DNA of 64,000 bases. It comes from Candidatus Pampinifervens sinense. GTDB taxonomy: Bacteria > Aquificota > Aquificia > Aquificales > Aquificaceae. Numbering within the stretch: position 1 is the first letter of the stretch; each line of letters opens with the position of its first letter. The notes under the pieces were generated by a model. The model searched no databases and was not told the DNA's origin. It was given only the letters and a program-made list of their open reading frames with translations. The DNA lies in contig JAXSPP010000002.1 in the NCBI GenBank assembly GCA_037927135.1, positions 96,001-160,000 of the forward strand. The letters are read 5' to 3'. The position numbers were made by a program, and so were the translations under genes. Of this stretch, positions 22,388 to 34,336 are shown piece by piece.

Positions 22388-23965
22388 ATGCCCTACTATA
22401 TATTTGTCACCGGTGGTGTGCTATCCTCTTTGGGAAAAGGTGTGGCCTCAGCCTCCATAGCCTCCCTCCTTGAAGAACAAGGTCTGAAAGTAAACATACA
22501 AAAGCTGGACCCATATCTTAATGTGGACCCTGGCACCATGAGCCCCTACCAGCATGGAGAGGTCTATGTAACAGAGGATGGAGCGGAAACGGACCTTGAC
22601 CTTGGACACTACGAGAGGTTTACAAACAGGTCTATGACAAAGAAGAACAACGTAACGGCTGGTAGGGTCTACTATAACGTGATACAAAGGGAAAGGGAAG
22701 GTGGCTATCTTGGTGCCACAGTGCAGGTCATTCCCCACATAACCGATGAGATAAAAAGGCTCATAAGGGAGGTGGAAGAGGACTGCCATGTGGTCATAGT
22801 GGAGGTGGGAGGAACAGTAGGAGACATAGAAGGCTTGCCCTTTTTGGAGGCTGTGCGCCAGCTTTCCATGGAGGTGGGAAGGGAAAAGGTGCTTTTTGTC
22901 CATATTACCTACGTGCCTTACATAAAGACTGCGGGAGAGCTAAAGACCAAGCCAACCCAACACTCGGTCAAGGAGCTAAGGGCCATAGGCATACAGCCTG
23001 ACATAATCCTCTGCAGGTCTGAGATGGAAATGCCAGAGAGTATAAAGGAAAAGATTGCCCTATTTACCAACGTCAAAAAGTCCGCCGTCATATCAGCACC
23101 AGATGTGGAGTTCATATACGAGGTTCCTTTGGTCTTCAAAAGGCAAGGACTTGACAGGCTCATAGCCCAACACTTTGGCTTTGAATACAAGGAGGTAAAA
23201 AGCAAGTGGGAGGACATAGTTCAAACCTTGAGGTCTGCAGAAAGGGAGGTAAAGATAGCCCTTGTGGGCAAGTATGTGTCTTTGAAGGATTCTTATAAGA
23301 GCGTGGTTGAGGCGCTTATACATGGTGGCATAGCCAACAGGGCAAGGGTGAGGATAATTTGGGTCAATTCAGAGGATTACGATGAGAAGGTTTTGGAAGA
23401 AGCCCATGGCATACTGGTACCCGGTGGCTTTGGAGAGAGAGGTATAAGTGGAAAGATAAAGGCCTTGAGCTATGGAAGAAAGTCAAAAAAGCCTACCTTT
23501 GGCATATGCTTGGGTATGCAACTTATGTGTGTAGAGTTTGCCAGAAATGTACTTGGGCTAAAAGAGGCCAACTCTACCGAGTTTGACCCCTTTACACCCC
23601 ACCCTGTTATAGACCTAATGGAGGAGCAAAAGAACATAAAAAAGCTTGGTGGCACCATGAGGCTTGGGTCTTACCCATGCAAGCTTATAGAGGGCACAAA
23701 GGCAAGAGAAATCTACAAGCAAGAGCTGATATATGAGAGACACAGGCACAGGTATGAATTTAACAACAAATACAGGGAAATCTTTCAAGAGGCTGGCATG
23801 GTCTTTTCTGGCCTTTCACCCGATGGAAGGCTTGTAGAGATAGTGGAACTAAAAGATCATCCTTGGTATATAGGCTGTCAGTTTCATCCAGAGTTCAAAA
23901 GCAAACCCTTTCAACCCCATCCCCTTTTTGTTTCTTTCATCTCCGCCTGCTTACAAGCTCAATGA
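22388..23965 (+). CDS. pyrG: CTP synthase
   Basis: [32 protein letters not shown]. Confidence 0.98.
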   Translation: MPYYIFVTGGVLSSLGKGVASASIASLLEEQGLKVNIQKLDPYLNVDPGTMSPYQHGEVYVTEDGAETDLDLGHYERFTNRSMTKKNNVTAGRVYYNVIQREREGGYLGATVQVIPHITDEIKRLIREVEEDCHVVIVEVGGTVGDIEGLPFLEAVRQLSMEVGREKVLFVHITYVPYIKTAGELKTKPTQHSVKELRAIGIQPDIILCRSEMEMPESIKEKIALFTNVKKSAVISAPDVEFIYEVPLVFKRQGLDRLIAQHFGFEYKEVKSKWEDIVQTLRSAEREVKIALVGKYVSLKDSYKSVVEALIHGGIANRARVRIIWVNSEDYDEKVLEEAHGILVPGGFGERGISGKIKALSYGRKSKKPTFGICLGMQLMCVEFARNVLGLKEANSTEFDPFTPHPVIDLMEEQKNIKKLGGTMRLGSYPCKLIEGTKAREIYKQELIYERHRHRYEFNNKYREIFQEAGMVFSGLSPDGRLVEIVELKDHPWYIGCQFHPEFKSKPFQPHPLFVSFISACLQAQ

Positions 23966-25082
23966 TCGCTACATCGGGTGGTGAAAAAAGCCTCATGGGA
24001 GGACCTCCTGTGCCTACACCTTTGCTTATATAGATGTAAGATCTTCCAAGCCTATGAAAGCCCCTATCGCTTATAAAAAGCCTTGTTAGAATGAATCTAC
24101 CCACAGGGTAATAGACTCCACCGTGGGTGTGTCCAGAGAGCATAAGGTCAAAGAGCTTTTCGGCTCCTGCTTCTAGCTTTGGCTTGTGCTTCAAGTAGAT
24201 AACAAAGCTTTCCCCTTTTGCCTTTTGAAGAAGTTCCTTGTCCGAAAGCGGGCCTTTACAAGCCCTAAAGAACCTACAGTCATCATCATCTATCCCCACT
24301 AAGCTTATGTTGTAATCCTTAAGATAATACACCTCACCCCTCAAAAGTCTAAAGCCAGCCCTTTTGGTGAAGGCTATGGCTTGGTCTATACCCCTGTAAT
24401 ACTCATGGTTTCCTAAAACGGCATACTTTCCAAGGGGTGGGTCCATCTTAGAGAGGGCATCAGCAAGATAAGCCTTGTTTTGCATGTTTCCATCCACAAG
24501 GTCTCCTGTGGACACAACCATATGGGGCCTCTCCCTTTTATAAACCTCCAGCACAAGCCCTACCTTGTCCATACCCATAAGAGGGCCAAGGTGAAGGTCC
24601 GATATGTGAAGTATTTTTATATGGCCCACATCCTTTGGAAGTTTGACCGTTTCTATAACAAACCTTTCCACCTTTAAGTTAAGGGTTTCATAATAGCTGT
24701 AGGCAGAGAGGCTAAGGGAAAGGAATAAGATAAGGGCTAAGGAAGTCCTTGCAGAGGGTATAGGAAGGGGGTTTATATTGAAAAATCTTTTTGAGATAAA
24801 AACAAAGGCCCTATAAAGGTCAAGGAAAAGGCCAAAAAGGAAAAAGTAAAGAAGAAAGCCCATCCAAAGGAGGCCTATTAAGGCAGTAAGGTGTGCTATG
24901 CTTTGGTCAAGTTTTGCATCCGCATACCTCCAGATAAAGGGGGAGAAAAAGCCCAGTATAAATAAAAAGGCTACGGAAAGCTTTAGGCTTGCACTTTTGA
25001 TAGCAGGCTTTATGATCCTTATGTAAGTATAAAGGTGCATAAGGGCAAAGAAGGATAGAAAGAGTAGAATGAACCATCTCAT
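23937..25082 (-). CDS. Membrane-anchored metallophosphoesterase (YkuE/YaeI-like)
   Basis: N-terminal TMs; SDLH, TGD, GNHE, GHTHGG motifs. Confidence 0.9.
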   Translation of the reverse strand: MRWFILLFLSFFALMHLYTYIRIIKPAIKSASLKLSVAFLFILGFFSPFIWRYADAKLDQSIAHLTALIGLLWMGFLLYFFLFGLFLDLYRAFVFISKRFFNINPLPIPSARTSLALILFLSLSLSAYSYYETLNLKVERFVIETVKLPKDVGHIKILHISDLHLGPLMGMDKVGLVLEVYKRERPHMVVSTGDLVDGNMQNKAYLADALSKMDPPLGKYAVLGNHEYYRGIDQAIAFTKRAGFRLLRGEVYYLKDYNISLVGIDDDDCRFFRACKGPLSDKELLQKAKGESFVIYLKHKPKLEAGAEKLFDLMLSGHTHGGVYYPVGRFILTRLFISDRGFHRLGRSYIYISKGVGTGGPPMRLFSPPDVAIIELVSRRR

Positions 25083-25750
25083 AGGCTTATCTTGTAGCCA
25101 AAGCCCCTCACCGTCTGAATAGCTTTACCTTCCTCACCTAACTTTTCCCTAAGCTTTTTTATATGCACATCCACCGTCCTATCAAAGACATCCCTCTTTA
25201 AGACCTTTTCTATGATGTAATCCCTGCTTACTGGCTTGCCGTAATTCTCAAGAAGGGCTTGAAGGATGAGGAACTCCGTCGGTGTAAGGTCAAGCACCTT
25301 ACTCCCCCTTCTTACCTCCTTCCTTTCAAGGTCTATCTCAAGGCCACCAAGCCTGAATATAGCCTGTCTTTTCTCCTTTCCTGCCCTTCTTAAGACCGCT
25401 TTTACCCTTGCTATAAGCTCCTTAATAGAAAAGGGTTTGGTTATATAATCGTCCGCACCAAGAGAAAAGCCTTTGAGCTTGTCTTGCTCCATATCCCTTG
25501 CTGTTATAAATATAATGGGCACGTATTCTAGCTCAGGGTTGTTTTTTATATGCTGGGCTATCTTAAAACCGTCATAGTCTGGAAGCATCACATCAAGAAG
25601 GATGATGTCTGGGACTTCCAGCTTTAACCTCTCTATGGCACACGTTCCGCGATGACAAACATGAACTTCATACCCCTCCTTTTTAAGATTGTATGCTACA
25701 AGCTCAGCCAAATCCTTATCATCCTCCACCAAAAGCACTTTCAGGCTCAT
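25079..25750 (-). CDS. OmpR/PhoB-family response regulator (PhoB/PhoP-like)
   Basis: VEDD, LLDVMLP, GADDYITKPFS, RTVDVHI, TVRGFGY. Confidence 0.92.
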   Translation of the reverse strand: MSLKVLLVEDDKDLAELVAYNLKKEGYEVHVCHRGTCAIERLKLEVPDIILLDVMLPDYDGFKIAQHIKNNPELEYVPIIFITARDMEQDKLKGFSLGADDYITKPFSIKELIARVKAVLRRAGKEKRQAIFRLGGLEIDLERKEVRRGSKVLDLTPTEFLILQALLENYGKPVSRDYIIEKVLKRDVFDRTVDVHIKKLREKLGEEGKAIQTVRGFGYKISL

Positions 25751-27582
25751 ATCCTTTTAGGCTTTATCCTTAGTGCTACCTCGTCAGGGTTTATCACATC
25801 ACCCACAGATATGAAAATCTCTTCCACCACACCATCAATGGGACTGTGCACTTCATTCTCCATCTTCATGGCTTCTACTACAAAGAGCACATCGCCTTCT
25901 TTTACTTCTTGTCCTACGTTCACCTTTATATTCACCACCTTTCCAGATATGGGAGATGTTATGTCTCCCATGCCCACAGGCCTTGGTCTCTTCGGCTTTA
26001 CCTCTGTGCCCAAAGCCATCTCTCCATAGGCCGTAGGCACCTGCTCCACCTCCCTGAGGGGCTTTAGCATAACCTCCTCCAGCTTCCCATCCAACCTTAT
26101 GAAGAAAGTTCTTCCTTCTGGAGTGGGTTCACCCCTTCCCGCTATCTGCACATGGTACTGCTCACCATGAACAGTGATTATAAACTCCACAGGTATGTTT
26201 TCCTTCTTCTCTTCAATCAGCTCTTCAGGAGGTAGCTTTTCTCCCTTCTCCCTGAATTCAAAGAACTCCTTGGCCACCAAAGGAAAGAGTGCATAAGAAA
26301 GGATATCCTCTTCGCTTTTTGCTCCAGCCCTTATGGCCTCCTCCCTTATGCTTGGTAGTTCTGGCTTTAAAAGGTCCGCTGGCCTTATATGATATATAGG
26401 CTCTTCATCCCCTAATATCTTCCTTATTATCTCCTCCGATATGGGTGCTGGAGGTCTTCCGTATAAGCCCTTTACATAGTCCTTTGTTTCCTTTGTTACC
26501 ACCTTATACCTTTCCCCATGGACCACATTAAGAAAGGCCTGAGAGCCCACTATCTGGCTTGTGGGTGTTACCAAGGGTGGGTAGCCAAGGTCCTCCCTTA
26601 CCCTTACTACTTCTTCTAGCACTTCCGGAAGCTTGTCTTCCATACCCTGTTCCTTTAACTGACTTATAAAGTTGGTTATCATACCACCGGGCACTTGGTG
26701 CAAGAGGACACCTACATCTGGATAGGGTGGTAGTACATCGTACTTTTTGTACTTTTTCCTTATGTTTACAAAAAGGTCTCCAGCCTTTTGGTAGAGCTTT
26801 TCATCTACCTTTATCTCATAGCCGAACTCCCTAAGGGTGTAGATCATGGTCTCACCTGGCGGATGGGAAGTCTGACATGACAGGCTATAAAAGACCGTAT
26901 CTATCATATCTGCACCAGCCTCTATACCCTTTAGCTGGGCCATCTGGGCAAGGCCTGCTGTGGTCTGGGTATGAAGATGAACGGGGTAGTTGGGAAATTC
27001 AGATTTGAGGGCCTTTACCAAGTCATAACATACTTTTGGAGACAAAAGACCTGCTTGGTCCTTTATGGATATTATATCTATGCCCATATCTACAAGCTCT
27101 CTCGCTATGTTCACATAATACTCTATAGTGTGAACGGGGCTTATGGTGTAGGAAAGAACACCCTTGACTATGGCACCTAGCTTTTTCGCCGTTTCTATAG
27201 ACTTTCTCATATTCCTTGTGTCGTTGAGGGCATCAAAGATTCTAAAAACTTCTATGCCGTTGTCATAGGCCCTCTTTATAAACTCCTCCACCACGTCATC
27301 TGGATAGTGTCTGTAGCCTACCACATTCTGGCCCCTTAAGAGCATCTCAAGTCTAGTATTTGGTGCATGCTTTTTAAAGAGTCTGAGCCTCTCCCAAGGG
27401 TCTTCTTTTAAATACCTCAGGCACACATCAAAGGTGGCACCACCCCAAACCTCCAAGGACCAAAAGCCACATTTATCAAGGATCTCTATTATGGGGAGCA
27501 TATCCTCTGTGCGCACCCTTGTGGCAAGCAAAGATTGTATGCCGTCCCTCAAGGACACATCGGTTATAAGAATTTCCCTCAT
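25747..27582 (-). CDS. pycB: Biotin-dependent carboxyltransferase subunit (pyruvate carboxylase B / OadA family)
   Basis: RDGIQSL, GGATFD, KDQAG, HLHTQ, VTPTSQIVG, biotin motif EAMKM; 2-oxoglutarate carboxylase CfiA paralog not excluded. Confidence 0.8.
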   Translation of the reverse strand: MREILITDVSLRDGIQSLLATRVRTEDMLPIIEILDKCGFWSLEVWGGATFDVCLRYLKEDPWERLRLFKKHAPNTRLEMLLRGQNVVGYRHYPDDVVEEFIKRAYDNGIEVFRIFDALNDTRNMRKSIETAKKLGAIVKGVLSYTISPVHTIEYYVNIARELVDMGIDIISIKDQAGLLSPKVCYDLVKALKSEFPNYPVHLHTQTTAGLAQMAQLKGIEAGADMIDTVFYSLSCQTSHPPGETMIYTLREFGYEIKVDEKLYQKAGDLFVNIRKKYKKYDVLPPYPDVGVLLHQVPGGMITNFISQLKEQGMEDKLPEVLEEVVRVREDLGYPPLVTPTSQIVGSQAFLNVVHGERYKVVTKETKDYVKGLYGRPPAPISEEIIRKILGDEEPIYHIRPADLLKPELPSIREEAIRAGAKSEEDILSYALFPLVAKEFFEFREKGEKLPPEELIEEKKENIPVEFIITVHGEQYHVQIAGRGEPTPEGRTFFIRLDGKLEEVMLKPLREVEQVPTAYGEMALGTEVKPKRPRPVGMGDITSPISGKVVNIKVNVGQEVKEGDVLFVVEAMKMENEVHSPIDGVVEEIFISVGDVINPDEVALRIKPKRI

Positions 27583-27591
27583 GAGTGAAAA

Positions 27592-28518
27592 TTATAACAT
27601 TCCAAAGTGGTCAAAGCCTGTAGGTTCAAGGGGCCTATCATCCAGATACACACCCTCACCCTCTTCCACAAAGCCTATATGGGTCATGCTTAAAAAGGGG
27701 TTTATTCTCTCTAAAGGATGGGTAAAAAGAAGCTCATAGTCCTCTCCACCGGAAAGGGCATACTCAAGGGGGTCCTTGCCATGCTTTTTACAAAAGGTTA
27801 AAAGCTCTTTAGATAGGGGTATCTTTTCGGAAAGTAGCCTTAGCCTTACAGAACTAGCTCTAGCAAGTTTTAGAGCATCGGAAGAGAGACCATCGCTTAT
27901 GTCCATGCTGGCCGTAGCATACTTGGATATATGCTTTACAAAATCAATCCTTGCAGTAGGCCTTAGATGTTTTTCTATAAGCCTTAGCTCAAAGTCTTCA
28001 TAGCTTTTCTTATCCATAAGCAGTAGTTCAAGCCCAGCCTTTGAATCTCCAAGGGTTCCAGAAACGAACACTCCATCACCTACCTTTGCTCCCCTCCTCC
28101 CTACAAACCTATCCGCCTTTCCTACCATAAAAACATCAATGCATAGCTTTTCACCCTTGCTCACATTTCCACCTACCACCTCACAGCCGTAAAACTCACA
28201 AGCCCTTTTTATACCAACATAGACCTCCTCTATATACCTTACTTCCATATCAGGTAGCACTAAAGAAACAAGGGCATAAAGGGGTGTTCCACCGTTTGCC
28301 ACCACATCGCTCACATTGACCGATATGGCCTTCCAGCCTATGGTAGATGGTGGATAATTTAGCTTGAAATGCCTGTCTTGTAAAAGCACATCACATGTAA
28401 GTAGCAGTATAGAATCCTTCAATCTTATAGGTGCAGTATCATCTCCTATAACCTGGCTCTGAAGTATATCCTTTAGCCTTTCTATAAGCCCAAACTCACC
28501 TATATGGGATATCTTCAT
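27592..28518 (-). CDS. thiL: Thiamine-monophosphate kinase
   Basis: GEFGLI, IGDD, NVSD, DISDGL, GGEDYELLF. Confidence 0.95.
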   Translation of the reverse strand: MKISHIGEFGLIERLKDILQSQVIGDDTAPIRLKDSILLLTCDVLLQDRHFKLNYPPSTIGWKAISVNVSDVVANGGTPLYALVSLVLPDMEVRYIEEVYVGIKRACEFYGCEVVGGNVSKGEKLCIDVFMVGKADRFVGRRGAKVGDGVFVSGTLGDSKAGLELLLMDKKSYEDFELRLIEKHLRPTARIDFVKHISKYATASMDISDGLSSDALKLARASSVRLRLLSEKIPLSKELLTFCKKHGKDPLEYALSGGEDYELLFTHPLERINPFLSMTHIGFVEEGEGVYLDDRPLEPTGFDHFGML

Positions 28519-28757
28519 TCTGTAAATATCTGACCTTCAATAGGCTGTACCATAACACCCTTCTCTTCAATAAACTTCACAGCCCTTTCAATCTCTTCCG
28601 CATCACCATCTATCTCAACAGTCAGTATTCCCGTATCCTTTGTAACCTTTGCCGTTCTTATATTTACTATCACATCAAAGTTTTTACATACCATGCAAAG
28701 GATGGGCTCCTTTACCTTATCCTCTGGGTATATAAGTTGAAGCCTTATTACATTCAT
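28515..28757 (-). CDS. Stand-alone NIL domain protein
   Basis: EPIL...FDVIVNIRTAKV...GILTVEIDG; overlaps thiL start (ATGA). Confidence 0.75.
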   Translation of the reverse strand: MNVIRLQLIYPEDKVKEPILCMVCKNFDVIVNIRTAKVTKDTGILTVEIDGDAEEIERAVKFIEEKGVMVQPIEGQIFTE

Positions 28758-28770
28758 GGCAATGATTATA

Positions 28771-30018
28771 TCAAACTTTAAGGATGTACTCGGCCTTTTC
28801 AATAGCTTCCTTAGCTATCTGCACCAGTATTTCCCTGTCTATTCCAGTTAATTTTTCCAGGTTTATAACTATATCATTCTTTGTAGGATCTTGTGCTTGC
28901 AAAACCTCAGGAAATTTCTCTTCAATATAAATAGCATGATTTAATATGCTTCTTAACTCAGGATTTTTGCCGGTAAATCCATCTATTATCTCCTGCTTTA
29001 TCCTTATCTCCTTCAAGAAGCTGATCTTATCCACCTTAAGTATCTCGTCTATCAGTGAGAAAAGACCTAGAAGATATGCATCCGATTCATATGGGGGCTT
29101 TATCATCTGTGCTATCCTTTGGGCCACCATAGCCCTTATTAATGATTTTCTCCAAAGCTCTGGATCTTCCACAGACATATAATCGTTCATAGCCAAAACT
29201 AAAAGGAAGTTCTTTAGATTCTTTAGACCTAGCATGGCGCACGCTTGTTCCACACTCCTTATCTCCTTTATAGGAGAATAGTATGCGGAGTTTACAAGCC
29301 TGAGAATCTTGGCCGTCATACCCATGTCGGTGGCTATGACCTCAGCAACCTCCCTTGGGCTTTCGGCTGTGTAAAGCAAAGCTATAAGCTTAAGTAAGGT
29401 GTTTTTAAGATAAGGGGCCGTATGAAACTCTTTCAAAATAAGCGGTTCTTCTAGGTATTTGCCTTGAAATAGATCTCCCACAGATAAAGCCTTTTTATAT
29501 TCCTTTTCGTTCTCTATCTTTGAAACCAAAAGGAGCTTTCCCTTCCCTTTTGCCAAATCAACTACCTTTTGGCTGAGCCTATCTTTGTCCACAGAAACTA
29601 TGTCTACCTTATCAATGAGCTTTGCCATCTTCTCATTTTCTAAAGACCTCTCGTTTATGCTAAACATTACCCCCTGCTCCTTATACCTGTCTATAGCACT
29701 CAACGTTTGCTTGTATACTACCTCTCCAACAGGTATTTGAGGTTCTATTATCTCTATAATGAGCCTTTTAGGATCAAGGGATTCTATAGCCCTGTTGATA
29801 AGGGAGTCAAGGGATACGTTGATCATAATCTTTTTACCCTCGCCTACCCTGTCTATACCCTGTTCAAGGATGATCTCTATGACGATGTAAGTGGCCCTAC
29901 TGTATGGCACCTCTTTGGGGTATTCATAAAAGTTGTCCCTTTTTCTCAAAAAAACCTCAAAGGCAACCTTCCTCCCTTCCTTATTGAATATGGGTTGCTT
30001 TGCTATAAGGAAGCTCAT
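28771..30018 (-). CDS. EAL/HDOD domain signalling protein (YuxH-like, degenerate EAL)
   Basis: AKQPIF...[29 protein letters not shown]. Confidence 0.82.
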   Translation of the reverse strand: MSFLIAKQPIFNKEGRKVAFEVFLRKRDNFYEYPKEVPYSRATYIVIEIILEQGIDRVGEGKKIMINVSLDSLINRAIESLDPKRLIIEIIEPQIPVGEVVYKQTLSAIDRYKEQGVMFSINERSLENEKMAKLIDKVDIVSVDKDRLSQKVVDLAKGKGKLLLVSKIENEKEYKKALSVGDLFQGKYLEEPLILKEFHTAPYLKNTLLKLIALLYTAESPREVAEVIATDMGMTAKILRLVNSAYYSPIKEIRSVEQACAMLGLKNLKNFLLVLAMNDYMSVEDPELWRKSLIRAMVAQRIAQMIKPPYESDAYLLGLFSLIDEILKVDKISFLKEIRIKQEIIDGFTGKNPELRSILNHAIYIEEKFPEVLQAQDPTKNDIVINLEKLTGIDREILVQIAKEAIEKAEYILKV

Positions 30019-31270
30019 CCAAAACCTCTCTAAGCTCAGGATATAGTGGAAACTGTTCGCACAGATCTATAACCTCTCTCTTTACCTCCTCTATAACCTT
30101 CTCATCCTTTATGTTATCAAGAACCTTTGCTATAAGCCTTGCTACAAGCCTCATCTCATCCTCTTTCATACCCCTTGTGGTCATAGCGGGTGTGCCTATC
30201 CTTATACCGCTTGCCTTTGTGGGTGGTAGAGGATCAAAAGGAACTGCATTCTTGTTTACCGTAATGTTTGCCTTCCCTAGGGCCTCTTCCGCCTCCTTGC
30301 CAGTAATACCCTTGTTTCTCAGATCAAGCAGTATAATATGGCTGTCCGTTCCACCGGTTACCACCTTAAAACCAAGTCTTAGAAACTCCTCTGCCATGGC
30401 CTTTGCATTTAGAACCACCTGCCTTGCATAGCTTTTAAACTCATCCGTCATAGCCTCTTTAAAGGCCACAGCCTTTGCCGCTATAACGTGCATAAGAGGG
30501 CCACCTTGAATCCCAGGAAACACACTCTTATCTATATCCTTAGCAAACTCCGCCTTACACAGGATAAAGCCACCTCTAGGTCCTCTTAAGGTCTTATGTG
30601 TAGTTGATGTTACAAAGTGGGCATAAGGAACTGGATTGGGGTAAACTCCACCAGCCACAAGGCCCGCATAATGGGCCATATCCACCATAAGGTAAGCTCC
30701 AACGTCCTCTGCTATCTGGGCAAACTTCTCCCAGTCTATAACCCTTGGATAAGCCGAAGCCCCGGCCACTATCATCTTAGGTTTATACTCCTTTGCAAGC
30801 CTCCAAACCTGGTCGTAATCTATGAGCTCTGTCTCCGGATTTAGGCCGTAGTAAAAGGCTTGGTATATTTTGCCGGAGAAGTTGACCTTCGAGCCGTGCG
30901 TAAGATGTCCACCATGGGCAAGGTCCATACCAAGTATCACATCTCCAGGTTTTAAAACCGCCATGTAGACTGCCATGTTGGCTTGAGAGCCCGAATGGGG
31001 CTGAACGTTGGCATGCTCCGCACCATAAATCCTTTTAACCCTTTCTATAGCAAGGCTTTCTGCTATGTCTACAAACTCGCACCCTCCATAGTACCTTTTG
31101 CCCGGAAGACCTTCCGCATACTTATTTGTGAGCACCGAACCTTGAGCCTCCATGACGGCAAGGGAGGTGAAGTTTTCTGAGGCTATAAGCTCAAGATGGT
31201 AGAACTGTCTGCTGTACTCTTGCACTATAGCCTGATAGATTTCTGGATCGGTTTCTTTTAAGTGCCTCAT
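29981..31270 (-). CDS. glyA: Serine hydroxymethyltransferase
   Basis: [31 protein letters not shown]. Confidence 0.98.
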   Translation of the reverse strand: MRHLKETDPEIYQAIVQEYSRQFYHLELIASENFTSLAVMEAQGSVLTNKYAEGLPGKRYYGGCEFVDIAESLAIERVKRIYGAEHANVQPHSGSQANMAVYMAVLKPGDVILGMDLAHGGHLTHGSKVNFSGKIYQAFYYGLNPETELIDYDQVWRLAKEYKPKMIVAGASAYPRVIDWEKFAQIAEDVGAYLMVDMAHYAGLVAGGVYPNPVPYAHFVTSTTHKTLRGPRGGFILCKAEFAKDIDKSVFPGIQGGPLMHVIAAKAVAFKEAMTDEFKSYARQVVLNAKAMAEEFLRLGFKVVTGGTDSHIILLDLRNKGITGKEAEEALGKANITVNKNAVPFDPLPPTKASGIRIGTPAMTTRGMKEDEMRLVARLIAKVLDNIKDEKVIEEVKREVIDLCEQFPLYPELREVLDELPYSKATHIQ

Positions 31271-31280
31271 GGCTAATATT

Positions 31281-32810
31281 TTACTCCCATTCTATGGTAG
31301 CTGGTGGCTTTGATGATATATCATAAACCACCCTATTTACACCCTTCACCTCGTTTATTATCCTTCTCATCACATGATCAAGGAATTCGTAAGGAAGCCT
31401 TGACCAATCTGCAGTCATTCCATCTGTACTGTCCACCGCCCTCAGCCCTATGACCCTCTCATAGGTCCTCACATCCCCCATAACACCTACGCTCTTTACC
31501 GGCAATAGCACGGCAAAGGCTTGCCATACTTTATCATAAAGCCCCCACCTTTTTAGCTCTTCTATAAATATGCTGTCCGCCTCTCTGAGTATTTCAAGGT
31601 CCTCCTTTTTCACCTCCCCAAGTATCCTTATGGCAAGGCCTGGCCCAGGGAAGGGATGTCTTTTTAGGATACCCTCTGGCACTCCTAGCAACCTCCCCAC
31701 TTGCCTCACCTCATCCTTAAAAAGCTCCCTTAAAGGCTCAAGAAGTTTAAGGTTCATCCTCTCTGGCAGCCCTCCCACGTTATGATGGGTCTTTATCACC
31801 TTTGCACCAGGAATGCCCGCACTTTCTACCACATCGGGATAAAGGGTACCTTGGAGTAAATAATGGGCTCCAACCTTTCTTGCTTCTCTTTCAAAGACTT
31901 CAACAAAGGTATGACCTATTATCCTTCTCTTTTCTTCCGGGTCTTCCACCCCCTTTAACCTTTCTAAAAACAACTCCTCCGCATCTATCCTCTTGAAGGG
32001 CAAGCCCATCTCCTTAAAGTAGCCTTCCACCTCCTCCACCTCTCCCTTCCTCAAAAGCCCATGGTTTACAAAGACACAGTGTAGCTGTTCTCCGATGGCT
32101 CTATAGGTCAGCAAGGCTGACACGGTAGAATCTACACCACCAGAGAGGGCACATATGACCTTCTTTGTTCCTACTTCCCTTCTTATCTCCTCCACCTTCT
32201 CTTCTATAAAGTCCCCCATCCTCCAGTTTTCCTCTGCACCACTTATCTCAAAAAGAAAGTTCCTTATTATCTCCCTCCCATACTGAGTATGGGCCACTTC
32301 AGGATGGAACTGCACACCGTATATGGGCCTCTCCCTGTGTCTTATGACCGCATAGGGTGAATTGTCCGTGTAGGCTAAACTTTCAAAGTCTTCTGGTAGT
32401 TTTGCTGCCTTATCTGCATGGCTCATCCAAACGTCAAACTCCTCGGGCAAACCCTTAAAAATAGGATCCCTTTTGGAAAGCCTTAGCCTTGCCCTACCAT
32501 ACTCCTGCTTTTGAGCCCTTTCTACCAGCCCTCCAAACTGATGCACTATAGCCTGAAGTCCGTAGCATATGCCAAGGATGGGAATGTTCAGAGAATATAT
32601 ATGTGGATCCGGTAATGGTGCACCCTCTTCATACACAGATGCTGGACCGCCAGAAAAGATAAGACAGTATGGGTTTTTCCTTTTAACCTCCTCCCATGTT
32701 ATAAAGTAGGGAACTATCTCACTATAGACTCCCAGCTCCCTTACCCTCCTTGCTATAAGCTGTACATACTGAGATCCAAAGTTTAGTATCAATACAGACC
32801 TTCTTTCCAC
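31281..32810 (-). CDS. guaA: GMP synthase (glutamine-hydrolysing)
   Basis: [34 protein letters not shown]. Confidence 0.98.
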   Translation of the reverse strand: MERRSVLILNFGSQYVQLIARRVRELGVYSEIVPYFITWEEVKRKNPYCLIFSGGPASVYEEGAPLPDPHIYSLNIPILGICYGLQAIVHQFGGLVERAQKQEYGRARLRLSKRDPIFKGLPEEFDVWMSHADKAAKLPEDFESLAYTDNSPYAVIRHRERPIYGVQFHPEVAHTQYGREIIRNFLFEISGAEENWRMGDFIEEKVEEIRREVGTKKVICALSGGVDSTVSALLTYRAIGEQLHCVFVNHGLLRKGEVEEVEGYFKEMGLPFKRIDAEELFLERLKGVEDPEEKRRIIGHTFVEVFEREARKVGAHYLLQGTLYPDVVESAGIPGAKVIKTHHNVGGLPERMNLKLLEPLRELFKDEVRQVGRLLGVPEGILKRHPFPGPGLAIRILGEVKKEDLEILREADSIFIEELKRWGLYDKVWQAFAVLLPVKSVGVMGDVRTYERVIGLRAVDSTDGMTADWSRLPYEFLDHVMRRIINEVKGVNRVVYDISSKPPATIEWE

Positions 32811-32828
32811 CCTTTATAATTATATCCG

Positions 32829-33785
32829 ATGATTGAAGAGCTTGCAAAAGAGCTAAAGGCTAAAGTGGTTCAAACACATACAAGCTGGGTTCTATTGCTA
32901 GAAGAGGTGGTCTATAAGATAAAAAAACCGGTAAACTTTGGGTTTTTAGACTATTCCACTCTGGAAAAGAGGTTGGAAAACTGTAGAAAAGAGATAGAGC
33001 TAAACAAAAGATTGTGCTCCTGGGTTTATATTGATGTGGTGCCTATAAGTTTAAAGGATGGAAAGTATGTGATAGAGGATGACTCTAATCCTGTGGAGTA
33101 TGCGGTAAAGATGAGGAGGATACCGGAGGAGAGGCTGTTAAAGAATATGCTTTCTGTAATATCTAAAGAGGATATAAAGAGGCTTGCCGATCACATAGCC
33201 AGATTTCATCTTAAAGCTGAGAGGAGGGATGAGTTTGGAAGGATTGAGGTCATGAAGTTTAACACCGATGAAAACTTTGCGCAGACGGAGAGGTTTGTGG
33301 GAATAACGATAAGAAAGGAAGACTACGAGTATATAAAGGAGAAGACAAACAGGTTTTATGAAAGGTATGCAAGCCTTTTTGAAAAGCGTATAAAGGATGG
33401 TCGTATAAGGGATGGTCATGGGGACATAAGGCTTGAACATGTAGCCTTTTTAGAGGAGGGTATATGCGTCTTTGATTGCATTGAGTTTAATGAACGCTTC
33501 AGATGTGGTGATATGTTGAACGATATGTGCTTTTTGTCCATGGAGCTAGACCTTATGGGTAGAGAAGACCTCTCAAAGGTTTATGAAGAAGAGTACAAAA
33601 GAGCTACAGAAGATGAAGAGTTTGAAATCTTTTTACCCTTCTTCAAATGCTACAGGGCCTATGTTAGGGGAAAGGTGAACAGCTTCCTTTTAGAGGATCC
33701 TCATTACGCCCAAAAAGAAGAGGCAAAAAATCTAGCACAAAGACTTTTTGAGCTAAGCAGAAGGTATGCTGAAGCCATAGTTTAA
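32829..33785 (+). CDS. Aminoglycoside phosphotransferase-like kinase (no fused AAA domain)
   Basis: QTHTS, YKIKKPVNFGFLDYS, DGHGDIRLEH, FDCIEFN, YRAYVRGKV. Confidence 0.8.
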   Translation: MIEELAKELKAKVVQTHTSWVLLLEEVVYKIKKPVNFGFLDYSTLEKRLENCRKEIELNKRLCSWVYIDVVPISLKDGKYVIEDDSNPVEYAVKMRRIPEERLLKNMLSVISKEDIKRLADHIARFHLKAERRDEFGRIEVMKFNTDENFAQTERFVGITIRKEDYEYIKEKTNRFYERYASLFEKRIKDGRIRDGHGDIRLEHVAFLEEGICVFDCIEFNERFRCGDMLNDMCFLSMELDLMGREDLSKVYEEEYKRATEDEEFEIFLPFFKCYRAYVRGKVNSFLLEDPHYAQKEEAKNLAQRLFELSRRYAEAIV

Positions 33786-34336
33786 TCAAGCCACCTTAAA
33801 GCGATTTCAAAACCCTCTTTGTCCTTTGGCTTCTTTTTCAGCTTGTGCTTTTTATGTCCTTTGCCCTTTGGGAGATCCTCCTCATAGTAAGCTACAAGAA
33901 TCTCATTCCTTGGATCAATCCTTCTTGCCCTCTCAAAGTAAGATAAAGCTTCTTCTTCTCTGCCCATATAGAGCAAACTTATACCTATGGTAGCATACAC
34001 CCTAGCCCTCCATGTGTCATTAGGAGAGTATTTTAGGGCTATCACAAGCCTATCGTAGCACCTTGAATAGTAGCCACACATACCCTCTGCCACACCAAGC
34101 CAATACAGAGCTTCAAAGTTGTTGGGGTCTTTAGCCAGCGCCTTTTCAAACTCCTTTATTGCTTTATCGCAGTGTCCTTTTCTGAGATGCTTTTTCCCGT
34201 TTTCAAGGGCCTTTTCTGAAGCTATGATAAGGCCTGGTGGTCTGGGTGAAGGAGGTGTTTCGCTGATTATAACGGTGCCCTTCTCTGCACAGGAGAGGGC
34301 AAATATGCAAGCTATCATAAGGCTTTTAGCCCTCAT
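33782..34336 (-). CDS. TPR-repeat lipoprotein
   Basis: Lipobox ALSC; TPR repeats (AIKEFEKALAKDPNN, ALSYFERARRIDP). Confidence 0.8.
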   Translation of the reverse strand: MRAKSLMIACIFALSCAEKGTVIISETPPSPRPPGLIIASEKALENGKKHLRKGHCDKAIKEFEKALAKDPNNFEALYWLGVAEGMCGYYSRCYDRLVIALKYSPNDTWRARVYATIGISLLYMGREEEALSYFERARRIDPRNEILVAYYEEDLPKGKGHKKHKLKKKPKDKEGFEIALRWLD

